DNA of 64,000 bases, from positions 86,230-150,229 of the forward strand of contig JABHUQ010000034.1 in the NCBI GenBank assembly GCA_018658715.1. Direction: 5' to 3'. Below are positions 26,853-37,380 of the stretch, piece after piece. The translations under genes were made by a program, and so were the position numbers. The stretch comes from Fidelibacterota bacterium (lineage in GTDB: Bacteria; Fidelibacterota; Marinisomatia; Marinisomatales; UBA1611). The stretch's first letter is position 1. The number at the start of each line of letters is the position of its first letter. The notes below the pieces were generated by a model. The model saw nothing but the letters and a program-made list of their open reading frames with translations. It was not told where the DNA came from and ran no database searches.

Positions 26853-28205
26853 TTAGTTTGGTAATAGAAGGAACTCCTGTTTTAAGCCTTTAACTAAATC
26901 TCCCATTCTGTTGTCCTGGTTTCTCTTCCTTTCAATTGTTTTTACGGCATGCAAAACGGTGGTGTGGTCTCTTCCTCCAAAGTACACACCAATGCTTGCA
27001 AATGAAGACCCAATAACTTGGCGACATAAATACATGGCCATTTGACGCGCTTCGACAATTTCTTGTTTGCGACTTTTACCAACAATTTCTTTTTCTTTAA
27101 TATTTAATGTATCAGAAACGCGCCGAACCACATCTTCAACCGATACGGTAGATGTTGGTATTTTGCCAATGCGCTCTTTTACGACTTCTTTTACAAGGTC
27201 AAAATCAATATCTTTATTCATTAAAGATGAGTGGGCCAAAAGCCTAATAATTGTTCCTTCTAGGTCTCTTACGTTGTTTTTTATGTGGGTCGCTAAAAAT
27301 TCTATCATATTATAAGGAAGGTTCAGTCCGTTTTGTTCGGCTTTGTTTAATAGAATAGCAACTCGCATTTCGAAGTCTGGGGGTTGAATGTCGACCGCAA
27401 GGCCCGATTGAAATCTTGACAACAAACGATCTTGTAGTCCAACCATTTCACTTGGGTATCGATCTGCGGTTAATACGATTTGTTTGCCGTTTTGGTATAG
27501 CTCATTAAATGTGTGGAAAAACTGCTCTTGTGTTTGTTCTTTCCCTTGAAAAAACTGAACATCGTCAATAAGGAGAACATCGGCGCTTCTGTACTGCTTT
27601 GCGAATGCAACTGTTTTGTTGCGCTGGATGCTGGAAATAAAATCTTGTGTGAATTTTTCACTAGACGCCATTACAATTCCCGCATTTGGGTTTATTTCTA
27701 AAATAGAATTACCAATAGAATGGAGCAGGTGTGTTTTTCCTAAGCCAACACCTCCATATATAATGAGAGGGTTGAATGATTTTTCGCCTGGCGCTTTGGA
27801 AACCGCTAACGCGGCTGCTTTTGCGAATTGGTTGTTGTTTCCTTCTATAAATGCAGAAAATGAAAAATGCCTGTTTAGGTTTGGGTTAGATGTTTCTTTT
27901 TTAATAATGTGCGGGCGTTGAATGTTTTCTGTTTCTTCTGTTTTTTGATGAGATACAACAAACTTTACATCTGTGTCATTTGAAATTGACTTGACCGTTT
28001 TTCTAATGGTCGTAGCATAATGAGACTCTATCCATTCGTAAAAAAACTGATTGGGCACATTAAGAATGATCGTGTTCCCGTTTATTGATTCTGGTCGAAT
28101 TGGCTCAAGCCATGTATTGTAAGCGTGTTGCGGCAACGATATTTTCAACTGTTCTGTTGTTGTTGCCCACAAATCCGTCATATTGGTCATTAATTGGTTG
28201 TCCAC
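26853..28205 (-). CDS. dnaA: Chromosomal replication initiator protein DnaA
   Basis: 450 aa. Walker A GGVGLGKTHLL, LLIDDVQFFQGKEQTQEQFFHTFN, C-terminal DNA-binding region DHTTVLHAVKTIE. The GTG start at 28205 lies inside a DnaA box; the alternative ATG is 5 codons downstream. Confidence 0.97.
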   Translation of the reverse strand: MDNQLMTNMTDLWATTTEQLKISLPQHAYNTWLEPIRPESINGNTIILNVPNQFFYEWIESHYATTIRKTVKSISNDTDVKFVVSHQKTEETENIQRPHIIKKETSNPNLNRHFSFSAFIEGNNNQFAKAAALAVSKAPGEKSFNPLIIYGGVGLGKTHLLHSIGNSILEINPNAGIVMASSEKFTQDFISSIQRNKTVAFAKQYRSADVLLIDDVQFFQGKEQTQEQFFHTFNELYQNGKQIVLTADRYPSEMVGLQDRLLSRFQSGLAVDIQPPDFEMRVAILLNKAEQNGLNLPYNMIEFLATHIKNNVRDLEGTIIRLLAHSSLMNKDIDFDLVKEVVKERIGKIPTSTVSVEDVVRRVSDTLNIKEKEIVGKSRKQEIVEARQMAMYLCRQVIGSSFASIGVYFGGRDHTTVLHAVKTIERKRNQDNRMGDLVKGLKQEFLLLPN

Positions 28206-28217
28206 AAGTTATCCACA
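28198..28217 (+). promoter_or_regulatory. Pair of DnaA boxes at the dnaA start / dnaA-rpmH divergent promoter region
   Basis: TTGTCCACA (28198-28206, 1 mismatch) and TTATCCACA (28209-28217, perfect). An AT-rich tract follows at about 28270-28312. Confidence 0.7.
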
Positions 28218-28357
28218 TGTAATATTAAGTCTTAAATTATGTGAAATTCTTTATATGGTTCCACTGGATTTTTATAAAAAAAGTTTTATTTTATGAAAAA
28301 ATGTATTTTGGACGATCAATTCTCTTTTATATATTCCCGGGCTATTTTGGAGACGAA

Positions 28358-28492
28358 ATGAAAAGAACATATCAACCTAGTAACAGAAAACGAAAAAACA
28401 AGCATGGCTTTCGCTCCCGCATGGAAACTGTGGGTGGGCGTAATGTTATAAAAAATCGCCGCAAAAAAGGGCGCAAACAACTTACAGCCTAA
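28358..28492 (+). CDS. rpmH: 50S ribosomal protein L34
   Basis: [44 protein letters not shown]. The track ORF (from 28241) is an upstream read-through. Confidence 0.95.
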   Translation: MKRTYQPSNRKRKNKHGFRSRMETVGGRNVIKNRRKKGRKQLTA

Positions 28493-28573
28493 CTGTTATG
28501 CTTTTTACGCCCTTTGGGCTATTCCGTTTTCTCTTTACAACCCCAACACAAATAACAAACCTACACCACCACT

Positions 28574-30226
28574 ATGGATAGAAATACGCTCGTCGCTTTT
28601 TTCTTAATTGCGCTTATAATGATCTTCACTCCTTATTATATGGATATTGTATCACCGCCGCAAGAACAGCAACCCGCTGCACAACAAACAGAGATTGATT
28701 CTCTGGCGGTTGTGGCGCCTTCAAAACAGTCAGTTGCTAGCATGCCGCAAAAGAAAAGCGATCGCCCGGTTAGTGTAGATGAAAAATTCATCACCGTTGA
28801 AAACAGTCTTTATCAAGCAACGCTATCGTCTATAAATGGTGGGTCTTTTACGTCCTTCTCATTAAAGAATTATAAACAAAAAGACAGTTCTTTTGTTGGG
28901 TTAATTAACGGGATAAATAAAAACAACCTTATGTTGTCGTATTTATCAGAAGACGGTGAAATCGTTGAGCTTTCCGAGCCTTGGCAGATATCTTATGAGT
29001 CCATCAGTCGCGGAAACAAAAAACCTTCTAAAATATCTTATTTAACCTATGTTGGTAAAAACAACGACCTGCCAGTTGAAAAGACGCTCGTTTTCTACCC
29101 CGACACATATACAATAGATATTTCTGTTGATTTCTCTGGCGCAAAATCTGACTTGTTAAATGGGAATATTGTTTTATCTTGGGATGGCGGACTTACAACA
29201 ACCGAACCAAACATTAAAGATGACCAAACTTATTTTTACAGCTATGCGTTTCAGGGCGGTGAACTGCATGATTTAAAAGTTAAAAAAGATGAATCGCAAA
29301 AAGATGAACTTCCCGGAAAAACAGATTGGGTCGCTGTAAGGTCCAAATACTTTTTAACCGCTTTAATTCCTGAGCGACCAGAGCTAACAATGGGTGCGGA
29401 TGTCTATGGGGATTATAAAGAAAATGAATCTTATGGAGCTTCAATCATGATGGTGGGGTCTACGCCAACAACAACCAAACTTTATTTGGGCCCTTTGGAG
29501 TTTACTCGTGTTCGAGATTTGGGTGTTGAGCTTGAGCGCGTGATGAATTTCGGGTGGGGGTTCATAAAGCCTATATCTAAAGGAATTCTTTGGTTATTGA
29601 AAAAAATGTATACTTGGGTTCCAAACTATGGATTTGTGTTAATTATTTTTTCATTTCTTGTAAAAATTGTTGTTTATCCCCTAACAAAGAAAAGTTATCA
29701 GTCCACTCAGGCTATGCAGGCTGTGCAGCCCGAAATAAATGCCTTAAAGGAAAAACATAAAAACAACCCTAATAAGCTAAATCAGGCCACGATGCAGCTC
29801 TATAAAGAAAAGGGTGTAAATCCTTTGGGGGGTTGTATCCCAATGTTAATCCAAATGCCTTTACTGTTTGGGTTGTTTACTGTGTTTCGAACCACCATTG
29901 AACTTCGAGGTAAGCCGTTCGGCCTGTGGATTACAGACCTTTCTGCTCCCGATACTATTTTTCACCTTCCTTTTTCGGTGCCTATATATGGAGACCAGGT
30001 GAGTGTTTTACCTATATTGATGGTTGTGTCTATGTTTATTCAACAGCGCATGATGGGTGGCGCAAGCCAACAGGGACAACAAAAAATGATGTCTTATTTT
30101 ATGTCGGGATTTTTCTTTTTAATGTTTAATAGCTTTCCGTCTGGTTTAAATCTGTATTATACGTTGTTTAATGTTTTAACAATTGCCCAACAAAAGTTGG
30201 TGCCCGCGGGTAACGCCGGAAAATAA
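28574..30226 (+). CDS. yidC: Membrane protein insertase YidC
   Basis: 550 aa. N-terminal TM, large periplasmic domain, and conserved core PLTKKSYQSTQAMQAVQPEINALKEK...GVNPLGGCIPMLIQMPLLFGLF. Confidence 0.95.
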   Translation: MDRNTLVAFFLIALIMIFTPYYMDIVSPPQEQQPAAQQTEIDSLAVVAPSKQSVASMPQKKSDRPVSVDEKFITVENSLYQATLSSINGGSFTSFSLKNYKQKDSSFVGLINGINKNNLMLSYLSEDGEIVELSEPWQISYESISRGNKKPSKISYLTYVGKNNDLPVEKTLVFYPDTYTIDISVDFSGAKSDLLNGNIVLSWDGGLTTTEPNIKDDQTYFYSYAFQGGELHDLKVKKDESQKDELPGKTDWVAVRSKYFLTALIPERPELTMGADVYGDYKENESYGASIMMVGSTPTTTKLYLGPLEFTRVRDLGVELERVMNFGWGFIKPISKGILWLLKKMYTWVPNYGFVLIIFSFLVKIVVYPLTKKSYQSTQAMQAVQPEINALKEKHKNNPNKLNQATMQLYKEKGVNPLGGCIPMLIQMPLLFGLFTVFRTTIELRGKPFGLWITDLSAPDTIFHLPFSVPIYGDQVSVLPILMVVSMFIQQRMMGGASQQGQQKMMSYFMSGFFFLMFNSFPSGLNLYYTLFNVLTIAQQKLVPAGNAGK

Positions 30227-31569
30227 TGCACTCAAAAGACACGATTGTTGCGCCTTCAACACCGCATGGTTATGGGGGTTTGGCTGTCGTGAGAATGAGC
30301 GGCGACGGTGCTTTGCGTGTCGCAAATAAGCTTCTACCAAAAACAAATACCACACCTCTTATAAATCGGTTTGCAACCACCCTTTTGGTTGTAACGCCGG
30401 ACGGCGACCCTCTTGACGATGTGGTGGTCACACTCTTTTCTGGTCCAAACTCCTATACGGGTGAAGATATTATTGAAATTTCCTGCCACGGAAGCCCCGC
30501 TATTGTATCTTCTCTTGTTTCTTTTTGTGTTGAATATGGTTGTCGTATTGCAGATCCTGGCGAATTCACTCGCCGCGCATACATCAACGGAAAGTTGGAT
30601 TTAGTTCAGGCGGAGTCTGTTGCTTCTCTTATACACTCCAGGTCGCTTGATGCAGCCAAACTAAACGTTCGTCTCGTTCGTGGATCTCTATCTAACAAAT
30701 TGGTTGAGTTACGATCAAAACTAATAAAAGCTTTATCTTTAATAGAATTTGAGCTTGATGTTTCTGAAGATGAGCTTGACGAAGAAAGATTAAATACCGC
30801 GTTCTCTTTGTTGGTGTCTGTGCGTGAAATATTTTCAACCCTATTAAAGACCTATCACGATGGTCGTATTATTACATCGGGAGCTCGGGTTGTTTTGTCT
30901 GGCGAGCCAAACGTGGGAAAGTCTACGCTTTTAAATGCTTTGCTTGGAAAAAATCGCGCCATTACTAGTGACGCTCCCGGCACTACTCGCGACACAATTG
31001 AAGCATATTCTGTAGTTGGCGGCGTACCCGTATGTTTTGTTGATACGGCGGGTATAAGAGAAACAAATAACGCAATAGAGTCCGACGGCGTAAGGCGCTC
31101 AATTGAAGAAATTGAAACTTCCGACTTCACCCTACGTATTATAGATAATATTTCCTATCCGGTTGATATTATTAACGTTAAAACTCTTGTTGTTTTAAAT
31201 AAGTCTGATTTGTTCTCTCAAAAGCAACTGAAGTTGTTTCTAAATAAACACAATAATGTGGTTTCAATATCTGCCATTCGGGAGCAAAATATTTCTCTTT
31301 TAGAAAACAAAATATTGTCCGGCTTGCTTAACGACAAATTTCATTCTGCGGACATATATTTAACAACATCCCGGCAAAACAGTGTAATAAAAGACTGTCA
31401 TGGCGGCCTTGAAAACATCTTATCGTCCTGGAACGTATTGCTCGCCACCGCTGATGTGTTAGCTTTTGAGATTCGCGATGTAATTGACAACCTAGGTTTC
31501 TTAATGGGTCCAACAACACCCGACACAGTCTTAGATAAAGTGTTTAATTCTTTTTGTGTTGGTAAATAG
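30226..31569 (+). CDS. mnmE: tRNA modification GTPase MnmE
   Basis: 447 aa. G-domain GEPNVGKSTLLNALLG...TTRD...DTAGIRE. C-terminal CVGK. Confidence 0.95.
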   Translation: MHSKDTIVAPSTPHGYGGLAVVRMSGDGALRVANKLLPKTNTTPLINRFATTLLVVTPDGDPLDDVVVTLFSGPNSYTGEDIIEISCHGSPAIVSSLVSFCVEYGCRIADPGEFTRRAYINGKLDLVQAESVASLIHSRSLDAAKLNVRLVRGSLSNKLVELRSKLIKALSLIEFELDVSEDELDEERLNTAFSLLVSVREIFSTLLKTYHDGRIITSGARVVLSGEPNVGKSTLLNALLGKNRAITSDAPGTTRDTIEAYSVVGGVPVCFVDTAGIRETNNAIESDGVRRSIEEIETSDFTLRIIDNISYPVDIINVKTLVVLNKSDLFSQKQLKLFLNKHNNVVSISAIREQNISLLENKILSGLLNDKFHSADIYLTTSRQNSVIKDCHGGLENILSSWNVLLATADVLAFEIRDVIDNLGFLMGPTTPDTVLDKVFNSFCVGK

Positions 31570-31582
31570 TTTCACGTGAAAC
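31569..31582. repeat. Perfect 14-bp palindrome GTTTCACGTGAAAC, copy 1 (mnmE/mnmG junction; contains the mnmG GTG start)
   Basis: Read directly; identical to the copy at 33435-33448. Confidence 0.95.
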
Positions 31583-33432
31583 GCACATCTTTAAAATATG
31601 ATATTATTGTTGTGGGCGGCGGCCACGCTGGGGTGGAGGCCGCTTATGCTGCGTCTAAGGCGGGATTATCGATTGGTCTTATAACAATGGATACAAATGC
31701 GCTTGCGCGTATGTCTTGCAACCCTGCGATTGGTGGCTCCGCAAAGGGGCAAATCGTAAGAGAAATTGATGCGCTAGGCGGTCTTATGGGAGAAACAACC
31801 GACCGGTGTGGCGTACAGTTTAAGTTATTAAATAAATCTAAGGGTGAGGCGGTATGGTCTCCTCGCGCCCAAGTAGACAAAAGAAAATATGAGTCGTATA
31901 TATCTGCAAAGATACGCAACGTTGACAGTGTTGATTTAATACGTGATGAGGTTGTGGGTGTTGATGTTGTGGGAAACCGGGTTGATAGTTGTTTGCTGCG
32001 TTCAGGAAACACCATTTATTCTCAGAGTATAATTATTACATCTGGTACGTTTATGGATGGGTTAATTCATATAGGAGATCGAAAAATTCCCGCCGGTCGA
32101 ATGGGAGAATCTGGATCTGTTGGGCTTACGTCCAGCTTGGTTTCTTTGGGTATCCAAACCGGTAGACTTAAGACCGGTACCCCGCCAAGACTTAAAAAAA
32201 ATTCTGTCAATTGGTCAAATACAGATATTGTGTTTGGTGACGAGTCGCCTACGCCGTTTTCTTTTTCCACAAAAGAGTTTGCTCCGCAAAACATTCCTTG
32301 CCACACCATAAGGACCACTGATGACGCTCACGCTATTATAAAAAAAAACATAAATCATTCGCCATTGTTTTCCGGGGATATTGGCGGCGTGGGGCCTCGC
32401 TACTGTCCTTCGATTGAAGATAAAATTAACCGCTTTTCTCATCATTCGTCACACTTGTTGTTTTTAGAGCCTGAGTGGAGCGGTTCTGATCAAATATATT
32501 TAAACGGGTTTTCGACAAGCCTTCCGGAGTCTGTTCAGATAGAATCTCTTAGGGCCATTCCCGGCTTAGAGTCTGTTGCGTTTTATCGCCCTGGGTACGC
32601 AATTGAGTATGATTATTTTCCTCCGTCTCAGCTAACATCTACCCTTGAATCAAAAATTGTCAGCGGTTTGTTTTTTGCTGGCCAGATAAATGGCACTTCT
32701 GGTTACGAAGAAGCTGCTGCTCAGGGGTTGATTGCGGGTATCAATGCGTCTTGCTGTGTTAAAAATATTGAGCAACTTACTCTTGGGCGCGAAGAGTCAT
32801 ATATTGGTGTATTAATTGATGATTTAATTACCAAAGACACCCTTGAGCCTTACAGGATGTTTACATCTAGGGCAGAATATAGGCTTTCTCTTCGTTACTC
32901 AAACGCAGACCAAAGGCTGTTTCCTTATGCGGAAAAATTTGGCCTCTCTAATTTGGCCCGCTCTTCTAAACACAACAAAAAAGCGCAGGCGTTAAAATCT
33001 GTTTTTGAGCTTTTGTCTAAACCTGTATCGCCCGGCCTTATAAACAACAAGGTGAAGGAACCCACTTCGGGGGCTCAACTTATTAAGCGACCAGAAATAT
33101 CCCTAGAAAGTTTTCAAAGCAATTATTTTGACGTTATAAAAACACCTTTTCTAGAGCCGTGGGAAAGAAGCGAGCTTTTACATGAGGCTTTTGTTTCTAT
33201 AAAATATGAGGGGTACATCAAAAGGCAAAACGCAAGTATACAAAAAAACAAGAAGCTAAATTTGGTTAAACTTCCTTTGTTTTTAGATTATTTATCTATG
33301 GTTGGGCTTTCTCGTGAAGCGTCTGAAAAGCTAAGCTCCATTAAGCCCGAAACTCTTGGGCAGGCGTCTAGAATATCCGGTGTATCGCCTTCCGACATTT
33401 CTGTTCTTACTGTGTATTTAAAAAACAAATGA
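31576..33432 (+). CDS. mnmG: tRNA uridine 5-carboxymethylaminomethyl modification enzyme MnmG (GidA)
   Basis: 618 aa, GTG start. [42 protein letters not shown]. Confidence 0.97.
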   Translation: MKRTSLKYDIIVVGGGHAGVEAAYAASKAGLSIGLITMDTNALARMSCNPAIGGSAKGQIVREIDALGGLMGETTDRCGVQFKLLNKSKGEAVWSPRAQVDKRKYESYISAKIRNVDSVDLIRDEVVGVDVVGNRVDSCLLRSGNTIYSQSIIITSGTFMDGLIHIGDRKIPAGRMGESGSVGLTSSLVSLGIQTGRLKTGTPPRLKKNSVNWSNTDIVFGDESPTPFSFSTKEFAPQNIPCHTIRTTDDAHAIIKKNINHSPLFSGDIGGVGPRYCPSIEDKINRFSHHSSHLLFLEPEWSGSDQIYLNGFSTSLPESVQIESLRAIPGLESVAFYRPGYAIEYDYFPPSQLTSTLESKIVSGLFFAGQINGTSGYEEAAAQGLIAGINASCCVKNIEQLTLGREESYIGVLIDDLITKDTLEPYRMFTSRAEYRLSLRYSNADQRLFPYAEKFGLSNLARSSKHNKKAQALKSVFELLSKPVSPGLINNKVKEPTSGAQLIKRPEISLESFQSNYFDVIKTPFLEPWERSELLHEAFVSIKYEGYIKRQNASIQKNKKLNLVKLPLFLDYLSMVGLSREASEKLSSIKPETLGQASRISGVSPSDISVLTVYLKNK

Positions 33433-36400
33433 GCGTTTCACGTGAAACCATAAAAGATGTGCGTGTTGGTGAAATAGGCGATGTGCTTAATCGTGTTGAG
33501 TCTGGTGTTGCTGGTCTTCGTTCTTTTGTTGGCGTTACACAACCTTCCGTTGCAATAATCTTATCTTTTCTTCAAAGATCTTCGACCTGCCCGCTGGTTG
33601 TTTGTTGTGACTGTGATGATTCAGCCGCTTCGTTATATAATGCTGTGTATTACACTTTACCAGATGTTGCTTTTTATTATCCTGGGTCACATGAGTCTTC
33701 CGTGGGAGGTTTTGTTGACGAAAAACAACGATATAAAGAAGAGCTTCTGCATAGGGTTTTGGGTGGCAACGAACGAAATATTATAGTTATAACAACCAGC
33801 TCTTCGTTTTGTCGTGCTGATATTCCGCGGGTAGCGCCTAGCGACATATTGCATCTTTCTCCGGGTCTCTCGCTAGAGCGGAGCAGTTTTAGTAAAACGC
33901 TATCTTCTTGGGGGTATGACAAAGTATACAGTGTTGAAAATCCTGGTGAGTTTTCAATTAAGGGAGACATTGTCGATTTTTTTCCATTGTTTCTAAAAAA
34001 CCCCATCCGCGTTGAATTTGAATTTTCAACAATAGCATCTGTAAGGTCTTTTAATCAAACGTCTCAATTAACGCTTCATTTGTTAAATTCGTTTTCCTTG
34101 TCTCCAAACAACTTAGGGTTAGCGCAAGGCGATAATAATCAATCACTTAGGTCTGTTCTGTGTGATTATTTGCTTTTTTCGTATGACTATAAAGATGAAA
34201 GTTTGCTTTCCGGCTCAGCGGGAGAAGATGATACCGTTTTTAATGTTGGCGTTGATGAAATAAATATTAAAAAATTGTCGTTTTTGGCAAAAAGAGATTC
34301 TTTAGAATTGTTAGTTGATCGCTTTTCTGATTGCCCTATTTTTTATTTTGGTCAAAACGTTGGTGTTGTTTCAAAGTATATCAATCCCGCCCAAATAACT
34401 CATATACGTGCAGAGTTAATTAAAGGTTTTTACTCTCAACAAATGGGGTTGTGTTGTTTGTCTGAAAATGATTTTGTAGGAGGTGGGGCAAAGTCTCGTT
34501 GGTCTCCAAATCAAAAAGCTATATCTGGGGTGGGTCTTAAAAGCTTGTCTGAAATTGTTGCTGGGGATTATTTGGTATATCAGCCTTTTGGTGTTTGTGT
34601 TTATCGGGGTCTCTCCACCGTAAATAACGCGGGCGGGGAGCAAGAATGTTTGTCGTTGGAGTTTGCCAGCGAAGCTAAGGTGTTCGTTTCTTTGGATAAG
34701 ATGGACCTGGTGCATAGATATTTATCATCCAGTGAGACCCCGACCCTTTCTGTGTTGGGGGGTAAGCGCTGGGCTTCAGATATTAAAAAAACTAAAGAAT
34801 CTGTATCTCTTGTGGCTGGAGAGCTCTTAAGCCTCTATTCACAAAAGGTAAAAAAAAGAAATTTCATTTACGATCAGCCCGGAGAGCTCTATCGCGCTCT
34901 CGTGGATACCTTTCCTTATAGTGAAACTGAAGACCAGGCTGGTGCTATCAATGACGTATTGGGTGACATGGCCATTGATAGGCCAATGGATCGCTTTGTG
35001 TGTGGCGATGTCGGCTTTGGTAAAACAGAGGTTGCTCTTCGTGCTATTATGCTTGCTGTCACATCAAACAAACAGGCTTTTTTTCTGTGCCCAACGACTG
35101 TTCTTGCGGATCAACATTATATAACATGCGGGGAGCGGCTAGAGCCTTTGGGTGTTGTTGTAGAGCTTCTTTCTAGGTTTAAGACTCGCTCAGAACAAAA
35201 AGAGATTATTTCTCGTGTCGCGCGCGGCAAAGTCGATGTTGTTGTGGGAACACACCGCCTGCTTAGCGAGGATGTATATGCTCCAAACCTCTCTCTTTTA
35301 ATTGTGGACGAAGAACATCGTTTTGGGGTAAAACATAAAGAAAAAGTCAGGTTAATTAAATCTGGGTTAGATGTGCTTAGTTTATCTGCGACACCAATAC
35401 CAAGAACGTTACAACAGTCCCTTTCCGGCATAAGGGGGATTAGTAAAATATTAACGCCACCTGTGTCTAGGATGCCTATATCTACTTATGTAAAATATTT
35501 TAATTTCGATGTACTTTTCTCTCAGATAGACCAAGAGCTGGATCGTGGTGGGCAGGTCTATTTTTTGCATAATGAAATAGATTCCATTCCATATTATTAT
35601 GATAAAATTGCAAAAAAATACCCAAACCACAATGTAGCCTTTATCCATGGTCAACTGGGGCCTAAACTGCTTGAAAAAACAATTCTATCTTTTTTTCGCG
35701 GACAAATAGACGTCTTGGTTTGTACTACAATCATCGAATCTGGGTTAGATGTATCTAATGCAAATACGATTATTATTAACAACGCTCAAAATTTTGGCCT
35801 GTCACAGCTTTATCAAATACGAGGGCGTGTTGGGCGAGGGCATCGCCAAGCAACGTGCTTATTGCTTGTGCCGCAGGCTGTGTTGGAGAAAAACGCCTAC
35901 CGGCGACTCAAAACTATAGAACAACACACATCTTTAGGCTCTGGCTATGAAATTTCATTAAAGGATTTAGAAATTCGTGGGGCCGGCGCATTATTTGGAT
36001 ATAAACAGAGCGGGCATATTTCTTCTGTCGGGTTCCAAATGTATTGCGACTTATTAAAAGATGCTTTCGATGATGTTGGTGGAACAACGAACGTAAATAT
36101 TGTTTTTCCATCAATTATATTTGACGGCGATGCGTTGTTTCCTTATTCGTATATAGAAGAAGCGTCGGTTCGTTTGTATTATTATGATCAATTATCAAAA
36201 GCAACAAGCGGTAACGATGTTAATATAATTGAAAACAATATTATAGATCGCTTTGGTGGTCTTCCAGATGAAGCGGTTCATTTAATCGAAATATCTAAGG
36301 CGAGGGTTTTGTTTTCGAATTCGTTTTTATCGGTAATTTCAATAAAAGAGTCTCTTGTTGAGTTCGTTTTTTCTTCTCTGGGGGGTTTTGATGACGTGAA

Positions 36401-36572
36401 TAGTATTCTTGATATCTTTTATCTTTTGGCGGGTGATTTTGAAGGAGAAATAAAGCTTACCCAAAAGAAAAATGGATTTATCGGTTTTGTTGTGCCAACA
36501 AAATCTTTAAGCGGCGGGTTGCGGTTTGTAAAAAAATCTGTTCATCTGTTATTAACGCCTTCTAATAATTAA
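33429..36572 (+). CDS. mfd: Transcription-repair coupling factor Mfd
   Basis: 1047 aa. Helicase motifs [51 protein letters not shown] overlap with mnmG. Confidence 0.95.
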   Translation: MSVSRETIKDVRVGEIGDVLNRVESGVAGLRSFVGVTQPSVAIILSFLQRSSTCPLVVCCDCDDSAASLYNAVYYTLPDVAFYYPGSHESSVGGFVDEKQRYKEELLHRVLGGNERNIIVITTSSSFCRADIPRVAPSDILHLSPGLSLERSSFSKTLSSWGYDKVYSVENPGEFSIKGDIVDFFPLFLKNPIRVEFEFSTIASVRSFNQTSQLTLHLLNSFSLSPNNLGLAQGDNNQSLRSVLCDYLLFSYDYKDESLLSGSAGEDDTVFNVGVDEINIKKLSFLAKRDSLELLVDRFSDCPIFYFGQNVGVVSKYINPAQITHIRAELIKGFYSQQMGLCCLSENDFVGGGAKSRWSPNQKAISGVGLKSLSEIVAGDYLVYQPFGVCVYRGLSTVNNAGGEQECLSLEFASEAKVFVSLDKMDLVHRYLSSSETPTLSVLGGKRWASDIKKTKESVSLVAGELLSLYSQKVKKRNFIYDQPGELYRALVDTFPYSETEDQAGAINDVLGDMAIDRPMDRFVCGDVGFGKTEVALRAIMLAVTSNKQAFFLCPTTVLADQHYITCGERLEPLGVVVELLSRFKTRSEQKEIISRVARGKVDVVVGTHRLLSEDVYAPNLSLLIVDEEHRFGVKHKEKVRLIKSGLDVLSLSATPIPRTLQQSLSGIRGISKILTPPVSRMPISTYVKYFNFDVLFSQIDQELDRGGQVYFLHNEIDSIPYYYDKIAKKYPNHNVAFIHGQLGPKLLEKTILSFFRGQIDVLVCTTIIESGLDVSNANTIIINNAQNFGLSQLYQIRGRVGRGHRQATCLLLVPQAVLEKNAYRRLKTIEQHTSLGSGYEISLKDLEIRGAGALFGYKQSGHISSVGFQMYCDLLKDAFDDVGGTTNVNIVFPSIIFDGDALFPYSYIEEASVRLYYYDQLSKATSGNDVNIIENNIIDRFGGLPDEAVHLIEISKARVLFSNSFLSVISIKESLVEFVFSSLGGFDDVNSILDIFYLLAGDFEGEIKLTQKKNGFIGFVVPTKSLSGGLRFVKKSVHLLLTPSNN
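33435..33448. repeat. Perfect 14-bp palindrome GTTTCACGTGAAAC, copy 2 (mnmG/mfd junction, codons 3-7 of mfd)
   Basis: Read directly; identical to the copy at 31569-31582. Confidence 0.95.
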
Positions 36573-36582
36573 TTTTCAGCCT

Positions 36583-37380
36583 ATGAAATTACTGTTTTTA
36601 TTAAATCTGTTTCTTTTTTCGAGCGCATGTTCAACAAAAAAAGATTTTGATTCTGTACCTGTGGCTCGTGTAAACGATAAGTTTCTGACGCTAAGCGACA
36701 TTGAAAAAGAGCTTAATGTGGGTATAGCTTCAAATGATGATGTTGCAAAATTTGCTCATGGGTGGGTAGAAGAGCAGCTTCTTTATCAAGCTGCTTTAAA
36801 TGAAAAATTAAATCTAGATAAATCTCTGATAAAAAAACGAGATATATATTATAGAAAACTGCTCGCAAATACTTTTTTGTCGTCTGCCGTTACTCTTGAT
36901 GTTTCTATAGACAATGATGATATTAAAAAGTATTATTCTAAAAACAGATCGTCTTTTGTGAGAAAATATGATGAGGCCGTTGTTTATCACTTTTCGGTTG
37001 AAGATAAAACTGATGCCGATAAAATCAGAAAGGCTTTGCTTTCTGGCTCATCAGGGAAAAAACGAAAAGACTTATTGTTAAAACATAAAACAGAGCCCGT
37101 AACTGTGAAAAAAGGTTTTTTGATTAAAGATTTAGACAAAAGAATCTTTTCAAAAAACAAAAAATCTGTTATTGGTCCTGTTTTTTCAAAGTCAAATTAT
37201 CACGTTATTCAAATTATAAAGAAACATAAAAGAGGGTCTGTCGTTAGTTTAGATCGAGCTTATGATGAAATCTATAATAGGTTGTTACAAAACGAAAAAA
37301 AGATAGCCCTATCTTCTGTTATGGATAGTTTAAGGAATTCTTCTACAATTTATATCAATAAGGAAATGGTATTAAAATGA
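36583..37380 (+). CDS. Periplasmic chaperone/PPIase-like lipoprotein (SurA-N/PpiD-like, parvulin region degenerate)
   Basis: 265 aa. Lipobox FSSAC. Context immediately upstream of, and overlapping, a SurA-like gene. Confidence 0.45.
   Translation: MKLLFLLNLFLFSSACSTKKDFDSVPVARVNDKFLTLSDIEKELNVGIASNDDVAKFAHGWVEEQLLYQAALNEKLNLDKSLIKKRDIYYRKLLANTFLSSAVTLDVSIDNDDIKKYYSKNRSSFVRKYDEAVVYHFSVEDKTDADKIRKALLSGSSGKKRKDLLLKHKTEPVTVKKGFLIKDLDKRIFSKNKKSVIGPVFSKSNYHVIQIIKKHKRGSVVSLDRAYDEIYNRLLQNEKKIALSSVMDSLRNSSTIYINKEMVLK

Noticed and set aside
28241-28357. 39-codon N-terminal extension of the rpmH ORF in the track ([11 protein letters not shown]...).
   Set aside because: L34 is a conserved protein of about 44 aa beginning MKRTYQP. 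The extension is AT-rich promoter/origin DNA that happens to be open.
28509-28535. Hairpin GCCC-TTT-GGGC followed by a T-rich stretch after rpmH, as a possible terminator.
   Set aside because: The stem is only 4 bp and the T-tract is interrupted. That is too weak to call, and rpmH is probably co-transcribed with yidC.
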